Positions 1 through 6,841 of a stretch of DNA of 31,285 nucleotides are shown in pieces. A program made the position numbers and the translations under genes. The stretch is from a virus (Duplodnaviria > Caudoviricetes), in the IMG/VR virus record IMGVR_UViG_3300020042_010889, positions 1-31,285 of that record. The stretch is one strand, 5' to 3'. Numbering within the stretch: position 1 is the stretch's first letter; each line of letters begins with the position of its first letter. Under the pieces are notes generated by a model. That model ran no database searches. It was given only the letters and a program-made list of their open reading frames with translations, and was not told where the DNA came from.

Positions 1-79
1 ATTTATAATAAACGATATTAAACGCATATATGATGAAAACAAATGGAACTATAGGTCACCACTTCGAGCCAATATTTAA
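1..79 (+). CDS. 3' end of the hypothetical protein seen complete at 28371-28817 (partial)
   Basis: Exact nucleotide copy of 28739-28817 (...IINDIKRIYDENKWNYRSPLRANI*). Confidence 0.85.
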   Translation, partial: FIINDIKRIYDENKWNYRSPLRANI

Positions 80-88
80 TGGTAGGTA

Positions 89-118
89 TATATCCTACAA
101 ATATAGGATATACTTATA
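89..118 (+). promoter_or_regulatory. 9-bp hairpin overlapping a late-promoter-like ATACTTAT motif upstream of putative terS (allele A)
   Basis: TATATCCTA(89-97)/TAGGATATA(104-112). ATACTTAT lies at 110-117. The structure is conserved in allele B. Confidence 0.5.
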
Positions 119-135
119 TAATAATATACGCAACT

Positions 136-540
136 ATGAAATCAAATAAAATTAAAAATATAAATAATCTACAAGAATGTGTGGATTATATACTGGATAA
201 TAAGTCGGGATGGAGTCAATTTACTTCGTGGGCAAGGGAGAAATACGACATTAATAACAAACATGCTAATACCTTATGGAAAGAAGCTTGGGAAATTATT
301 AGTGAGGATTTTAGTGATAATGTAAAACAATCAGTAAATGAAACATTACTCAAATTAGAGGAATTAGAAGAGGAAGCAAAAGCAGAAGGCGATAGAAGAA
401 TTTGGTTAGAAGTATTAAAATACAGAAACAAAATCCGTGGTGGTGAGATTGAACGTCAGGAAATAAAAATACAAGGTGAGGTAAAATTAAGTTGGGGTAA
501 TGAATTATCACCTGACTTTGGACAAACAGAGATATTATGA
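136..540 (+). CDS. Putative terminase small subunit, allele A (134 aa, start revised to ATG 136)
   Basis: Small helical protein upstream of terL. Its C-terminal KIQGEVKLSWGNELSPDFGQTEIL is shared with 28883-29293. The TerS call is positional. Confidence 0.55.
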   Translation: MKSNKIKNINNLQECVDYILDNKSGWSQFTSWAREKYDINNKHANTLWKEAWEIISEDFSDNVKQSVNETLLKLEELEEEAKAEGDRRIWLEVLKYRNKIRGGEIERQEIKIQGEVKLSWGNELSPDFGQTEIL

Positions 541-662
541 TTCAGATATTAGAAACAATGCACGATAAAGTAAGCTATTGGTTAGTATTCGATGGTACAG
601 AAATTGTAGGTAAATACAACACTAAATCAGAAGCAATAGCGGCTGTACAAAAATGGACGTAA
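537..662 (+). CDS. Small hypothetical protein (41 aa, MIQILETMHDKVSYWLVFDGTEIVGKYNTKSEAIAAVQKWT), not in ORF track
   Basis: ATGA overlap with the upstream stop and overlap with the terL ATG. The first 33 aa are identical in allele B despite silent base changes. Confidence 0.8.
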   Translation: MIQILETMHDKVSYWLVFDGTEIVGKYNTKSEAIAAVQKWT

Positions 663-1903
663 CATTATTTTCACCTCATTTCGGGCAGAAAAAAATTATT
701 GATGGGTTTGCTGATAGTGAACACAAATTTGGTATTGTAAGTTGTGGACGTCAGTGGGGTAAAAGTTTATTATCACAGAACCTAATGTTGTATTGGTTGC
801 TACAAAAACCAAATCAAAAAGGAGCATGGATAGCACCTGTTTATTCTCAATGTAAAAAAATATTTGAAGAACTAGTTAATGCGGCTAATAAAATTATTGT
901 TAGTCAAAATAAAGCGGATTTAACTCTAGAGTTTATTAACGGTAGTACATTAAAATTTCTAAGTACTGATAATCCAAGTTCAGTCAGGGGTTTTAGTTTT
1001 AATTATATGGTTATTGATGAGGCAGCTTATGTAAAACAAGATGCTATTGAATCCGCTGTTATGCCTACTCTTACGGCAATCGGTAAAAAATGCCTTATTA
1101 TTAGCACACCTAAATCTAAAAACTGGTTCTATGAGTGGTTTTTACGTGGTAATATGTCTAACAACGTGTATATATCATTTAAAGGTATTTCTCGAGACAA
1201 TCCATACGTTGACAAGGACTTTCTTATAGAACAACATAAATCACTACCTCGTGATATATACTATGCTGAATACTTAGCTGAATTTACTGATGCTGGACAA
1301 GATGTATTTACAGGAGTAGAGGATGTATGTATAATAAACCAATGGAACAATGACACCAGAGGAGGAAATAAGTTTTTTGCAGGAATCGATTTGGGCCTTA
1401 CAAACGACTATTCAGTACTTACCATTATGGACGAGTTTGGACGAGTTGCTTATATGGAGCGCATTAACGGAACGTCGTATGCTGAAATTACAAAAACGTT
1501 TACAGCAATTATTAAACGATACGGGATATCATCAGGGTACGTTGAAGTCAATGGGCCTGGCAAACCTGTGTTCGAAGTGCTTCATTCACACGAGAAGAAA
1601 CTTAGAGAATTTGTAACCAATAATACAAATAAAATGGATGGTATTAGAGGTTTAATTTATGATATACAGGAACAAAAATTAGAATTACCATCTAAGGAAC
1701 TATTCCCTTATTTATATAATGAACTAAATGCCTATACATACAAAATAAATGCTACTGGTACTATATCATTTTCAGCACCAAATGGAATCAATGATGACTG
1801 TGTTATGTCATTAATGTTAGCAAATGAGGCACGTAAAAAATTATTATTTAGTAGATCTAAAATTTATATAGGAAATCCAAACAAACAAAAACAATATAAT
1901 TAA
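653..1903 (+). CDS. terL: Terminase large subunit, allele A
   Basis: Walker A GRQWGKS, Walker B MVIDEAAY, ISTP coupling motif, RNase H-like nuclease motifs GIDLG and NDDCVMS. Confidence 0.95.
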   Translation: MDVTLFSPHFGQKKIIDGFADSEHKFGIVSCGRQWGKSLLSQNLMLYWLLQKPNQKGAWIAPVYSQCKKIFEELVNAANKIIVSQNKADLTLEFINGSTLKFLSTDNPSSVRGFSFNYMVIDEAAYVKQDAIESAVMPTLTAIGKKCLIISTPKSKNWFYEWFLRGNMSNNVYISFKGISRDNPYVDKDFLIEQHKSLPRDIYYAEYLAEFTDAGQDVFTGVEDVCIINQWNNDTRGGNKFFAGIDLGLTNDYSVLTIMDEFGRVAYMERINGTSYAEITKTFTAIIKRYGISSGYVEVNGPGKPVFEVLHSHEKKLREFVTNNTNKMDGIRGLIYDIQEQKLELPSKELFPYLYNELNAYTYKINATGTISFSAPNGINDDCVMSLMLANEARKKLLFSRSKIYIGNPNKQKQYN

Positions 1904-1913
1904 AAATATAACT

Positions 1914-2162
1914 ATGGGATTTGAATTTAAAACAGACCAACCAGAAAAAAAACTAACTGATTCAGTAACAACATTATCAGTGAATACATCCACTATTGTA
2001 GAAGAGGATTTAACACAAATTACTTACACCGAAGGTGAAGAAGAAAAATTAGCACTTGAATTTATCTTAGAATTTGGACTATACAATAAATTCTTGTTGT
2101 GGCAAGGTATACAAGACCAATTAAAAAATCTTAAGAATAGCTTGGAGATACCAAACGAATAA
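1914..2162 (+). CDS. Hypothetical protein (82 aa)
   Basis: ORF directly after terL. Its homologue at 31119-31285 shares EGEEEKLALEFILEFGLY. Confidence 0.8.
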   Translation: MGFEFKTDQPEKKLTDSVTTLSVNTSTIVEEDLTQITYTEGEEEKLALEFILEFGLYNKFLLWQGIQDQLKNLKNSLEIPNE

Positions 2163-2165
2163 ATT

Positions 2166-2300
2166 ATATTTATTGTCGTTGGGTTTTGAGTTACTGCTAT
2201 TACTATTTTCCCAACGTTTGTTATTTCTACAAGGTGCATAATGGGGGGGTAAGTACTCTACTTTCTATTCTTTCATAATCTATTCCCCCCCGCACCATTT
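2166..2300 (+). ncRNA. Candidate small RNA with two GC-clamped stem-loops
   Basis: ATATTTAT motif at 2166-2173. Stem 1 is CGTTGGG(2177-2183)/CCCAACG(2210-2216). Stem 2 is GGTGC..G7(2233-2249)/C7GCACC(2285-2296) with a long pyrimidine-rich loop. The region is intergenic. Confidence 0.45.
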
Positions 2301-2345
2301 ATCCTAATTCTAAATGAAAAAAAATCGCGAAGTTTTTGCGAGGAA

Positions 2346-2378
2346 TTTGGCATCCGCACCCCTTGTTCGTATATTAAC
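2346..2378 (+). promoter_or_regulatory. Early (host sigma) promoter P1
   Basis: TTTGG(2346)-N19-TATATTAAC(2370). Resembles the Bacteroidota -33 TTTG / -7 TAnnTTTG layout. Confidence 0.7.
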
Positions 2379-2410
2379 GGGGTAGAAGAAAAAACAAAAA
2401 AATAAAGGTT

Positions 2411-2659
2411 ATGAAAAACGAGTTAAAACAACACATTATTGAATCTAATATTAATTCTATTGTATTAGATAATGAAGGTATTTACATTGCTGATTGGGAT
2501 ATGATTTGCTACAACCCAGAAATTGTATTAAACGTTGAAGATGAAGAGGTTGAAAGTTTAGAGTGGAAAATTGCCCCTTATCTTCATTACATTAATGAAT
2601 ATATCCTTAACGAAAATCAAATTAATAATATTAAACAAACTATTAGAAATTTAGATTAA
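2411..2659 (+). CDS. Hypothetical early protein (82 aa)
   Basis: ORF after P1 with an A-rich leader ending AAAGGTTATG. Confidence 0.75.
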   Translation: MKNELKQHIIESNINSIVLDNEGIYIADWDMICYNPEIVLNVEDEEVESLEWKIAPYLHYINEYILNENQINNIKQTIRNLD

Positions 2660-2709
2660 ACGTCATATAAACGTCATTAGGAAAAGCAAATAATAATTCG
2701 TATATTAAC
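2657..2709 (+). promoter_or_regulatory. Early promoter P2 preceded by a tandem TAAACGTCAT direct repeat
   Basis: TTAGG(2677)-N19-TATATTAAC(2701). TAAACGTCAT occurs at 2657-2666 and 2668-2677. Confidence 0.65.
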
Positions 2710-2756
2710 ACCGCACGATTAAGAAATAAAAACAAAATAAAAACAAAAAATAGGTT

Positions 2757-3242
2757 ATGAAAAAAGTAAATGTAAAACGTAAAATTTCAAGAGTTAGTCC
2801 AATGGACCAAATTAGAATTTTTCGCAACAGTAAAGCCATTTTCAATCAAATGGGTTATGAAGTAGCTAATGCTGTAGCTGAAAGAGGTGTTGCAATTGAG
2901 TATGGCTTAAATGATGCTGTTGCTAAGTATGTTATACCTGAATTAGTAGGTGAAATCCAATTTATTAAAGATAAAATGGTTTTTACATTAAATCACCATC
3001 CATCTAAATCAATTAACAATGATGATAATTGTATTGGAAGTGTAACATTAGTAAGTCCATTAGGTAATACTTCAGCTGATATTATTAAATACACAGTTCG
3101 TAAGTCAGGAAGTGAGTTTGTAATATCAAGTAAACTTTTAAGTGAGATTTACCCTTTACCAGTAACAGGTAATGCTGAGTTTTTGAAATGGGAATTTGAT
3201 TTACCTGAGGAAGTTTATTTCGCAATATTATCACTAAAATAA
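2757..3242 (+). CDS. Hypothetical early protein (161 aa)
   Basis: ORF after P2 with an A-rich leader ending AGGTTATG. No recognised motif. Confidence 0.8.
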   Translation: MKKVNVKRKISRVSPMDQIRIFRNSKAIFNQMGYEVANAVAERGVAIEYGLNDAVAKYVIPELVGEIQFIKDKMVFTLNHHPSKSINNDDNCIGSVTLVSPLGNTSADIIKYTVRKSGSEFVISSKLLSEIYPLPVTGNAEFLKWEFDLPEEVYFAILSLK

Positions 3243-3256
3243 AAGAAAAAGAACAT

Positions 3257-3293
3257 CCTTCGGGCAATCCCGAAGGTTTGTTCGTATATTGAC
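3257..3293 (+). terminator. Intrinsic terminator hairpin overlapping early promoter P3
   Basis: CCTTCGGG-CAAT-CCCGAAGG followed by TTTGTT, then TTCGTATATTGAC (3281-3293). Confidence 0.65.
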
Positions 3294-3324
3294 GTCACAC
3301 AAATAGATAAAAAAAATAAAAGTT

Positions 3325-4056
3325 ATGAAACAAGTAAGTGATTTTACACCAAACCAAAAAGTTAAAGCCATTAGGTTAAGTCCAAAAAATGAAAAGAAAT
3401 TTGGATTAGAGTTTATTATTCAAGACAACTACAATCAAAAACGTTATGTTATTTGTAAGTCAGTTAAAAATGATACTTTACTCCGTATTCACCCTTCAAT
3501 GTTAGAAATTATTGGTGAAGTTGAAGGTGAAGTTGAAACTAAAAAACGTATTCAACCCAACACTCAACCAGGTAAAAGTTATAATAAAGAAGTAGCTATA
3601 CAAATTGCTGTTAAAGCAATGGCAAATGTTTTACGTAATGGTGAATTTTATAATATGGTTACTAACTATAATAATAAAAGAACAATAGAGTATATTGGTT
3701 TTGACTTAAAATATTTTAATTCAGTAGTTAATGAAGAATTAAATAAGTATACTAACAAACCAACTACAAGACACAAAATGCTTCAAACAATTTCACTTAA
3801 GAATTTATTAGGACATAAAGATGTATTTGGTTTATATGGTGTTAGAGTAAATGATGAACTACAATATGCTCAGTATAAGTTAGAACCCATTGAAAAACCT
3901 AAATTTGATTTTAATATGGAAGATATTTTATACAAAATGACAGGTAGTGCTAGAAAGGTTTTTGTTGATAATGAACCTACTAATAATTTAATGAATTGGA
4001 TGGTTAGTGAAAATGTTAAAGTTATAGAAATGCTTAAAACAGAATTAAATAAATAA
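3325..4056 (+). CDS. Hypothetical early protein (243 aa)
   Basis: Long ORF with an AAAAGTTATG start context. Confidence 0.85.
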   Translation: MKQVSDFTPNQKVKAIRLSPKNEKKFGLEFIIQDNYNQKRYVICKSVKNDTLLRIHPSMLEIIGEVEGEVETKKRIQPNTQPGKSYNKEVAIQIAVKAMANVLRNGEFYNMVTNYNNKRTIEYIGFDLKYFNSVVNEELNKYTNKPTTRHKMLQTISLKNLLGHKDVFGLYGVRVNDELQYAQYKLEPIEKPKFDFNMEDILYKMTGSARKVFVDNEPTNNLMNWMVSENVKVIEMLKTELNK

Positions 4057-4061
4057 AAGTT

Positions 4062-4130
4062 ATGATAAACATTATTTCAGCATTAATTATTCCAGCTATA
4101 TTGGTATTTGTATTATTCAAGAAAAAATAA
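4062..4130 (+). CDS. Small hydrophobic peptide (22 aa, MINIISALIIPAILVFVLFKKK), not in ORF track
   Basis: It has the same AAAAGTTATG start context as its neighbours and fills the gap between them exactly. The sequence is one TM-like stretch plus a basic tail. Confidence 0.65.
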   Translation: MINIISALIIPAILVFVLFKKK

Positions 4131-4135
4131 AAGTT

Positions 4136-4342
4136 ATGTATAAGACACAATTAGTTACGACAAAAGGAGATTCAATTAGAACATTCATCTCCTCATCACG
4201 CCCAGCTACTAGATTTGGTAGCGAAGGGGTAGAAATCACTTACACTGATAGCGATACCAGCTTCACTATTATGGGCTCGTGGAATGTTATTATTGAAAAA
4301 GTTGTTGAAGAAGACGAGAAAAATTTGGCTTTCGCAGGATAA
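4136..4342 (+). CDS. Hypothetical early protein (68 aa)
   Basis: AAAAGTTATG start, in operon context. Confidence 0.75.
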   Translation: MYKTQLVTTKGDSIRTFISSSRPATRFGSEGVEITYTDSDTSFTIMGSWNVIIEKVVEEDEKNLAFAG

Positions 4343-4356
4343 TTTCGTATATTGAC
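4324..4356 (+). promoter_or_regulatory. Early promoter P4, implying a near-leaderless mRNA
   Basis: TTTGG(4324)-N19-TATATTGAC(4348), 3 nt before ATG 4360. Confidence 0.65.
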
Positions 4357-4359
4357 GAT

Positions 4360-4785
4360 ATGAAAGAAACAAACAATATGAAAATCACATTTGATGAAGT
4401 AAAGGGTTACGTAATGAATAATTGCCCATTCGCAATTGAACGTATCATTGATTCAACAGAACCATTTGTTATGGATTTTGTTGATTGTGCTGTTGGTTAT
4501 GCTGAAACAGACAAGCTAAATGACATTGATGAATTAACTAAAGAAATTAATGAACATTTTAAAGAATTCAGTTATGAATATGATGGACGAATTAGGAGAG
4601 GTTTAATTAATCGCGTTGTAAGAATCGAAACCACACGTTGGAATGAAGGACGTAATGCTTGGTATTACGGACGTCACATAGGTAGATTAGCTTATCTATT
4701 AAACAAGGATGGTTACCATATTAAATTACGTGAAGAACTTGAAGAACGAAAAAGACGGGTTTTATCCTACACTACATTTATTTAA
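4360..4785 (+). CDS. Hypothetical early protein (141 aa)
   Basis: ORF after P4, followed by a terminator. Confidence 0.8.
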   Translation: MKETNNMKITFDEVKGYVMNNCPFAIERIIDSTEPFVMDFVDCAVGYAETDKLNDIDELTKEINEHFKEFSYEYDGRIRRGLINRVVRIETTRWNEGRNAWYYGRHIGRLAYLLNKDGYHIKLREELEERKRRVLSYTTFI

Positions 4786-4815
4786 TTAAACCTTTATTAT
4801 CTTTATTATATAATT

Positions 4816-4842
4816 GAACCCCTCAAGGGGTTCTTTTGTTTT
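4816..4842 (+). terminator. Intrinsic terminator ending the early block
   Basis: GAACCCC-TCAA-GGGGTTC followed by TTTTGTTTT. Confidence 0.85.
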
Positions 4843-4871
4843 AAATTTAAAATTAGAAACTTTCAAACCAC

Positions 4872-4879
4872 ATATTTAT
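4872..4879 (+). promoter_or_regulatory. Late-promoter-like ATATTTAT motif
   Basis: 5 nt before the first tail gene and just after a terminator. It recurs before the tape measure and scaffold genes. Confidence 0.55.
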
Positions 4880-4884
4880 CATCG

Positions 4885-5634
4885 ATGCAAGTTGAAATTA
4901 CAATACCAGATTACTTTAAAATCAAACACTATAAGGCATTAACACACCTTAAGTCACTTGATGAAGTAGAACAAATGGTTCACACTATATCAGTAATTAC
5001 AAATACTGAGGCGGGTGAGGTTATGAAATGGAGTTTACCTTCGGTTATAGACGTTTATAAACTGATTAACAACATGATTGACCAGCAACAACAATCATTT
5101 CATCCTGTTATAGAATGGAATGGTGTTTTATATGGTTATCGTTCAATGGGTAAAATGAATTTAGGTGAATACATTGATATAGATAATTTGTCTAAAGATG
5201 TAGATAAAAACCTAACTCAAATATTGGCTTTATTATACCGTCCTATTACCAGTAAAAAAATAGATGAGGGTAAATTTATTTACAAATCAACTATTAAAGC
5301 AATGAAATATGAGGTTGAAAATGTATTTGATTATTATGAGTTAGAGGAATATGACCCTGTAAAACGTAAAATTGATGCTTCTAAATTTGAAGAATTTCCA
5401 ATTGACATAGCTTTAGGTGCGTTGGCTTTTTTTTTAGATACCAAAGCAATGTTATTAAGCAATTCTCAAATATATTCCCTCAAGTCCCAAGAGACGGAGA
5501 TAAAGGAAGCGATGAAAACCCAACCGAAGAGAAAACAACGCTTGCTGAACACTACGGCTGGTTTCTTACTCTCTACGAACTTGCTAAAACCAATATATTA
5601 TCAATCACAGGTGAATCAGCAATTACAAAATTAA
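4885..5634 (+). CDS. Putative tail assembly chaperone (G-like, zero-frame product)
   Basis: First gene of the tail module. It contains a T9 slippery run at 5427-5435 (GCT TTT TTT TTA). Confidence 0.65.
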   Translation: MQVEITIPDYFKIKHYKALTHLKSLDEVEQMVHTISVITNTEAGEVMKWSLPSVIDVYKLINNMIDQQQQSFHPVIEWNGVLYGYRSMGKMNLGEYIDIDNLSKDVDKNLTQILALLYRPITSKKIDEGKFIYKSTIKAMKYEVENVFDYYELEEYDPVKRKIDASKFEEFPIDIALGALAFFLDTKAMLLSNSQIYSLKSQETEIKEAMKTQPKRKQRLLNTTAGFLLSTNLLKPIYYQSQVNQQLQN

Positions 5635-5726
5635 ATGTGATATTTGTTTTTAACTTTATGTCACTACAACACGAATTAATAAAAGAACAACAACAAGAAC
5701 AACAATATGGAAAATATAGAAATTAA
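5427..5726 (+). CDS. -1 frameshift extension (GT-like product) of the tail assembly chaperone
   Basis: The -1 frame is open from 5406 to TAA 5724-5726 (FFRYQSNVIKQFSNIFP...EHYGWFLTLYELAKTNILSITGESAITKLNVIFVFNFMSLQHELIKEQQQEQQYGKYRN). It has no ATG near its 5' end. Confidence 0.7.
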   Translation, partial: FFFRYQSNVIKQFSNIFPQVPRDGDKGSDENPTEEKTTLAEHYGWFLTLYELAKTNILSITGESAITKLNVIFVFNFMSLQHELIKEQQQEQQYGKYRN

Positions 5727-5913
5727 CGAAGAATTAACACCAGCTAAAAAAACAACCAAAGGTCCAATTTTAACTGAAGTTGAAGCAGGTGTATTAGCTC
5801 GCAGAGGTGAATTTAACTTCCCTGCATTACAATCATTTTTTGGTTTAACTGAAACCGAATTACAAACTATTTTAGATAAATTGCCACCTGCTGAGGGTTG
5901 CACAACCTGTTAA
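5707..5913 (+). CDS. Small hypothetical protein with C-terminal CxxC (EGCTTC)
   Basis: Tightly packed ORF in the tail operon. Confidence 0.7.
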   Translation: MENIEINEELTPAKKTTKGPILTEVEAGVLARRGEFNFPALQSFFGLTETELQTILDKLPPAEGCTTC

Positions 5914-5915
5914 TT

Positions 5916-6383
5916 ATGGCTGACTTTCCTACCTATCAATACATCGTTGAAGAATTTAGAACCGCGTGTAATGAACACCTCGCTATAAACTCGTTTGGTG
6001 AGGGAAGTATTGACCGTCTAGATTCACTAACTCAAAATGTAAAATATCCATTAGCATTTTTACGTCCATTACAATCACAAGGTATGGTGTTAAATACAAA
6101 TGGTGTTTCAGGTGCTAGAGCACTTAATTTTGAACTTATAATGATGGATGTTCCTCAGTTAACTGACACTGATGTTTTGAAATTACAATCACAAACAGAA
6201 ATCTACATTTACGATGTGATTGCTTATTTTAACTTAGGTGCTGAACAACAAGAACAATACATAACATTAAACAGTATTACCCCATTATATGAAGCATTTA
6301 ATGACAGGGTTGCTGGTTGGAACGCTAACATTACAGTCAACACTTACGCCACACTTGACTTCTGTAATTACCCTAAATTATAA
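5916..6383 (+). CDS. Putative tail terminator / tail completion protein (start revised to ATG 5916)
   Basis: Size, position and the pattern YPLAFL...F.DRVAGW resemble siphovirus tail terminators. Confidence 0.55.
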   Translation: MADFPTYQYIVEEFRTACNEHLAINSFGEGSIDRLDSLTQNVKYPLAFLRPLQSQGMVLNTNGVSGARALNFELIMMDVPQLTDTDVLKLQSQTEIYIYDVIAYFNLGAEQQEQYITLNSITPLYEAFNDRVAGWNANITVNTYATLDFCNYPKL

Positions 6384-6841
6384 TGGCTGATACTATTGAC
6401 GGGGCATTAAATCAATTAGGTCAACAATTTGTTGATTCATTAAGAGATGAATTACAATCAAAACGTATTAATGCCTCTGGTAATTTATCCCGTTCAGTTA
6501 GATATGAGATTGTAGGTAAAGGTGCTGAAATAGGAATAGCACTTATTTGGGATGATTATGGAGATATAGTTGATGAGGGTAGAGGTAAAAGTACTAAAGG
6601 CGGTCCTAAACAAAATTGGAGAAACAAGATTGAAGGTTGGATGCGATTTAAAGGAATTACACCTCGTCAAGGCATGACATTTGAACAAGTAGCATTTTTA
6701 ATAACAAGAAAAATTAACCAAAGAGGATACAAGGCAAGACCTTGGGTACAACCCGCTTTAGATAAAGTATTAAATCAAGATTTCCAACAAATATTCGGTG
6801 ATGCTATAGGAGCCGAAATAGAAAAAATATTAAATAAATGA
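6383..6841 (+). CDS. Putative neck / tail completion protein (HK97 gp10-like)
   Basis: ASGNLSRSV, DYG..VDEGR and C-terminal GYKARPWVQPA motifs. Confidence 0.65.
   Translation: MADTIDGALNQLGQQFVDSLRDELQSKRINASGNLSRSVRYEIVGKGAEIGIALIWDDYGDIVDEGRGKSTKGGPKQNWRNKIEGWMRFKGITPRQGMTFEQVAFLITRKINQRGYKARPWVQPALDKVLNQDFQQIFGDAIGAEIEKILNK

Larger units (their letters stand above)
1..2095 (+). repeat. Left copy (allele A) of the imperfect terminal repeat / packaging module
   Basis: 1-82 is identical to 28739-28820. Near-identical islands lie at about 465-635, at the terL start, at the terL 3' end and at about 2004-2095, separated by divergent sequence. Confidence 0.95.

Noticed and set aside
79-135. ORF-track N-terminal extension of putative TerS (start 79)
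   Set aside because: It overlaps the conserved hairpin and promoter-like motif. ATG 136 has a typical start context and gives a length matching allele B.
1-2095. True identical direct terminal repeat (T7-like or headful redundancy)
   Set aside because: Only the first 82 nt are identical. The rest is a diverged allele with an indel of several hundred bases.
2024-2239. 71-aa minus-strand ORF across the candidate sRNA
   Set aside because: It is antisense to a gene conserved in both alleles and has no promoter of either class or recognisable motif.
5893-5913. C-terminal EGCTTC resembling a ribonucleotide reductase redox tail
   Set aside because: The protein is only 68 aa and has no other RNR features.
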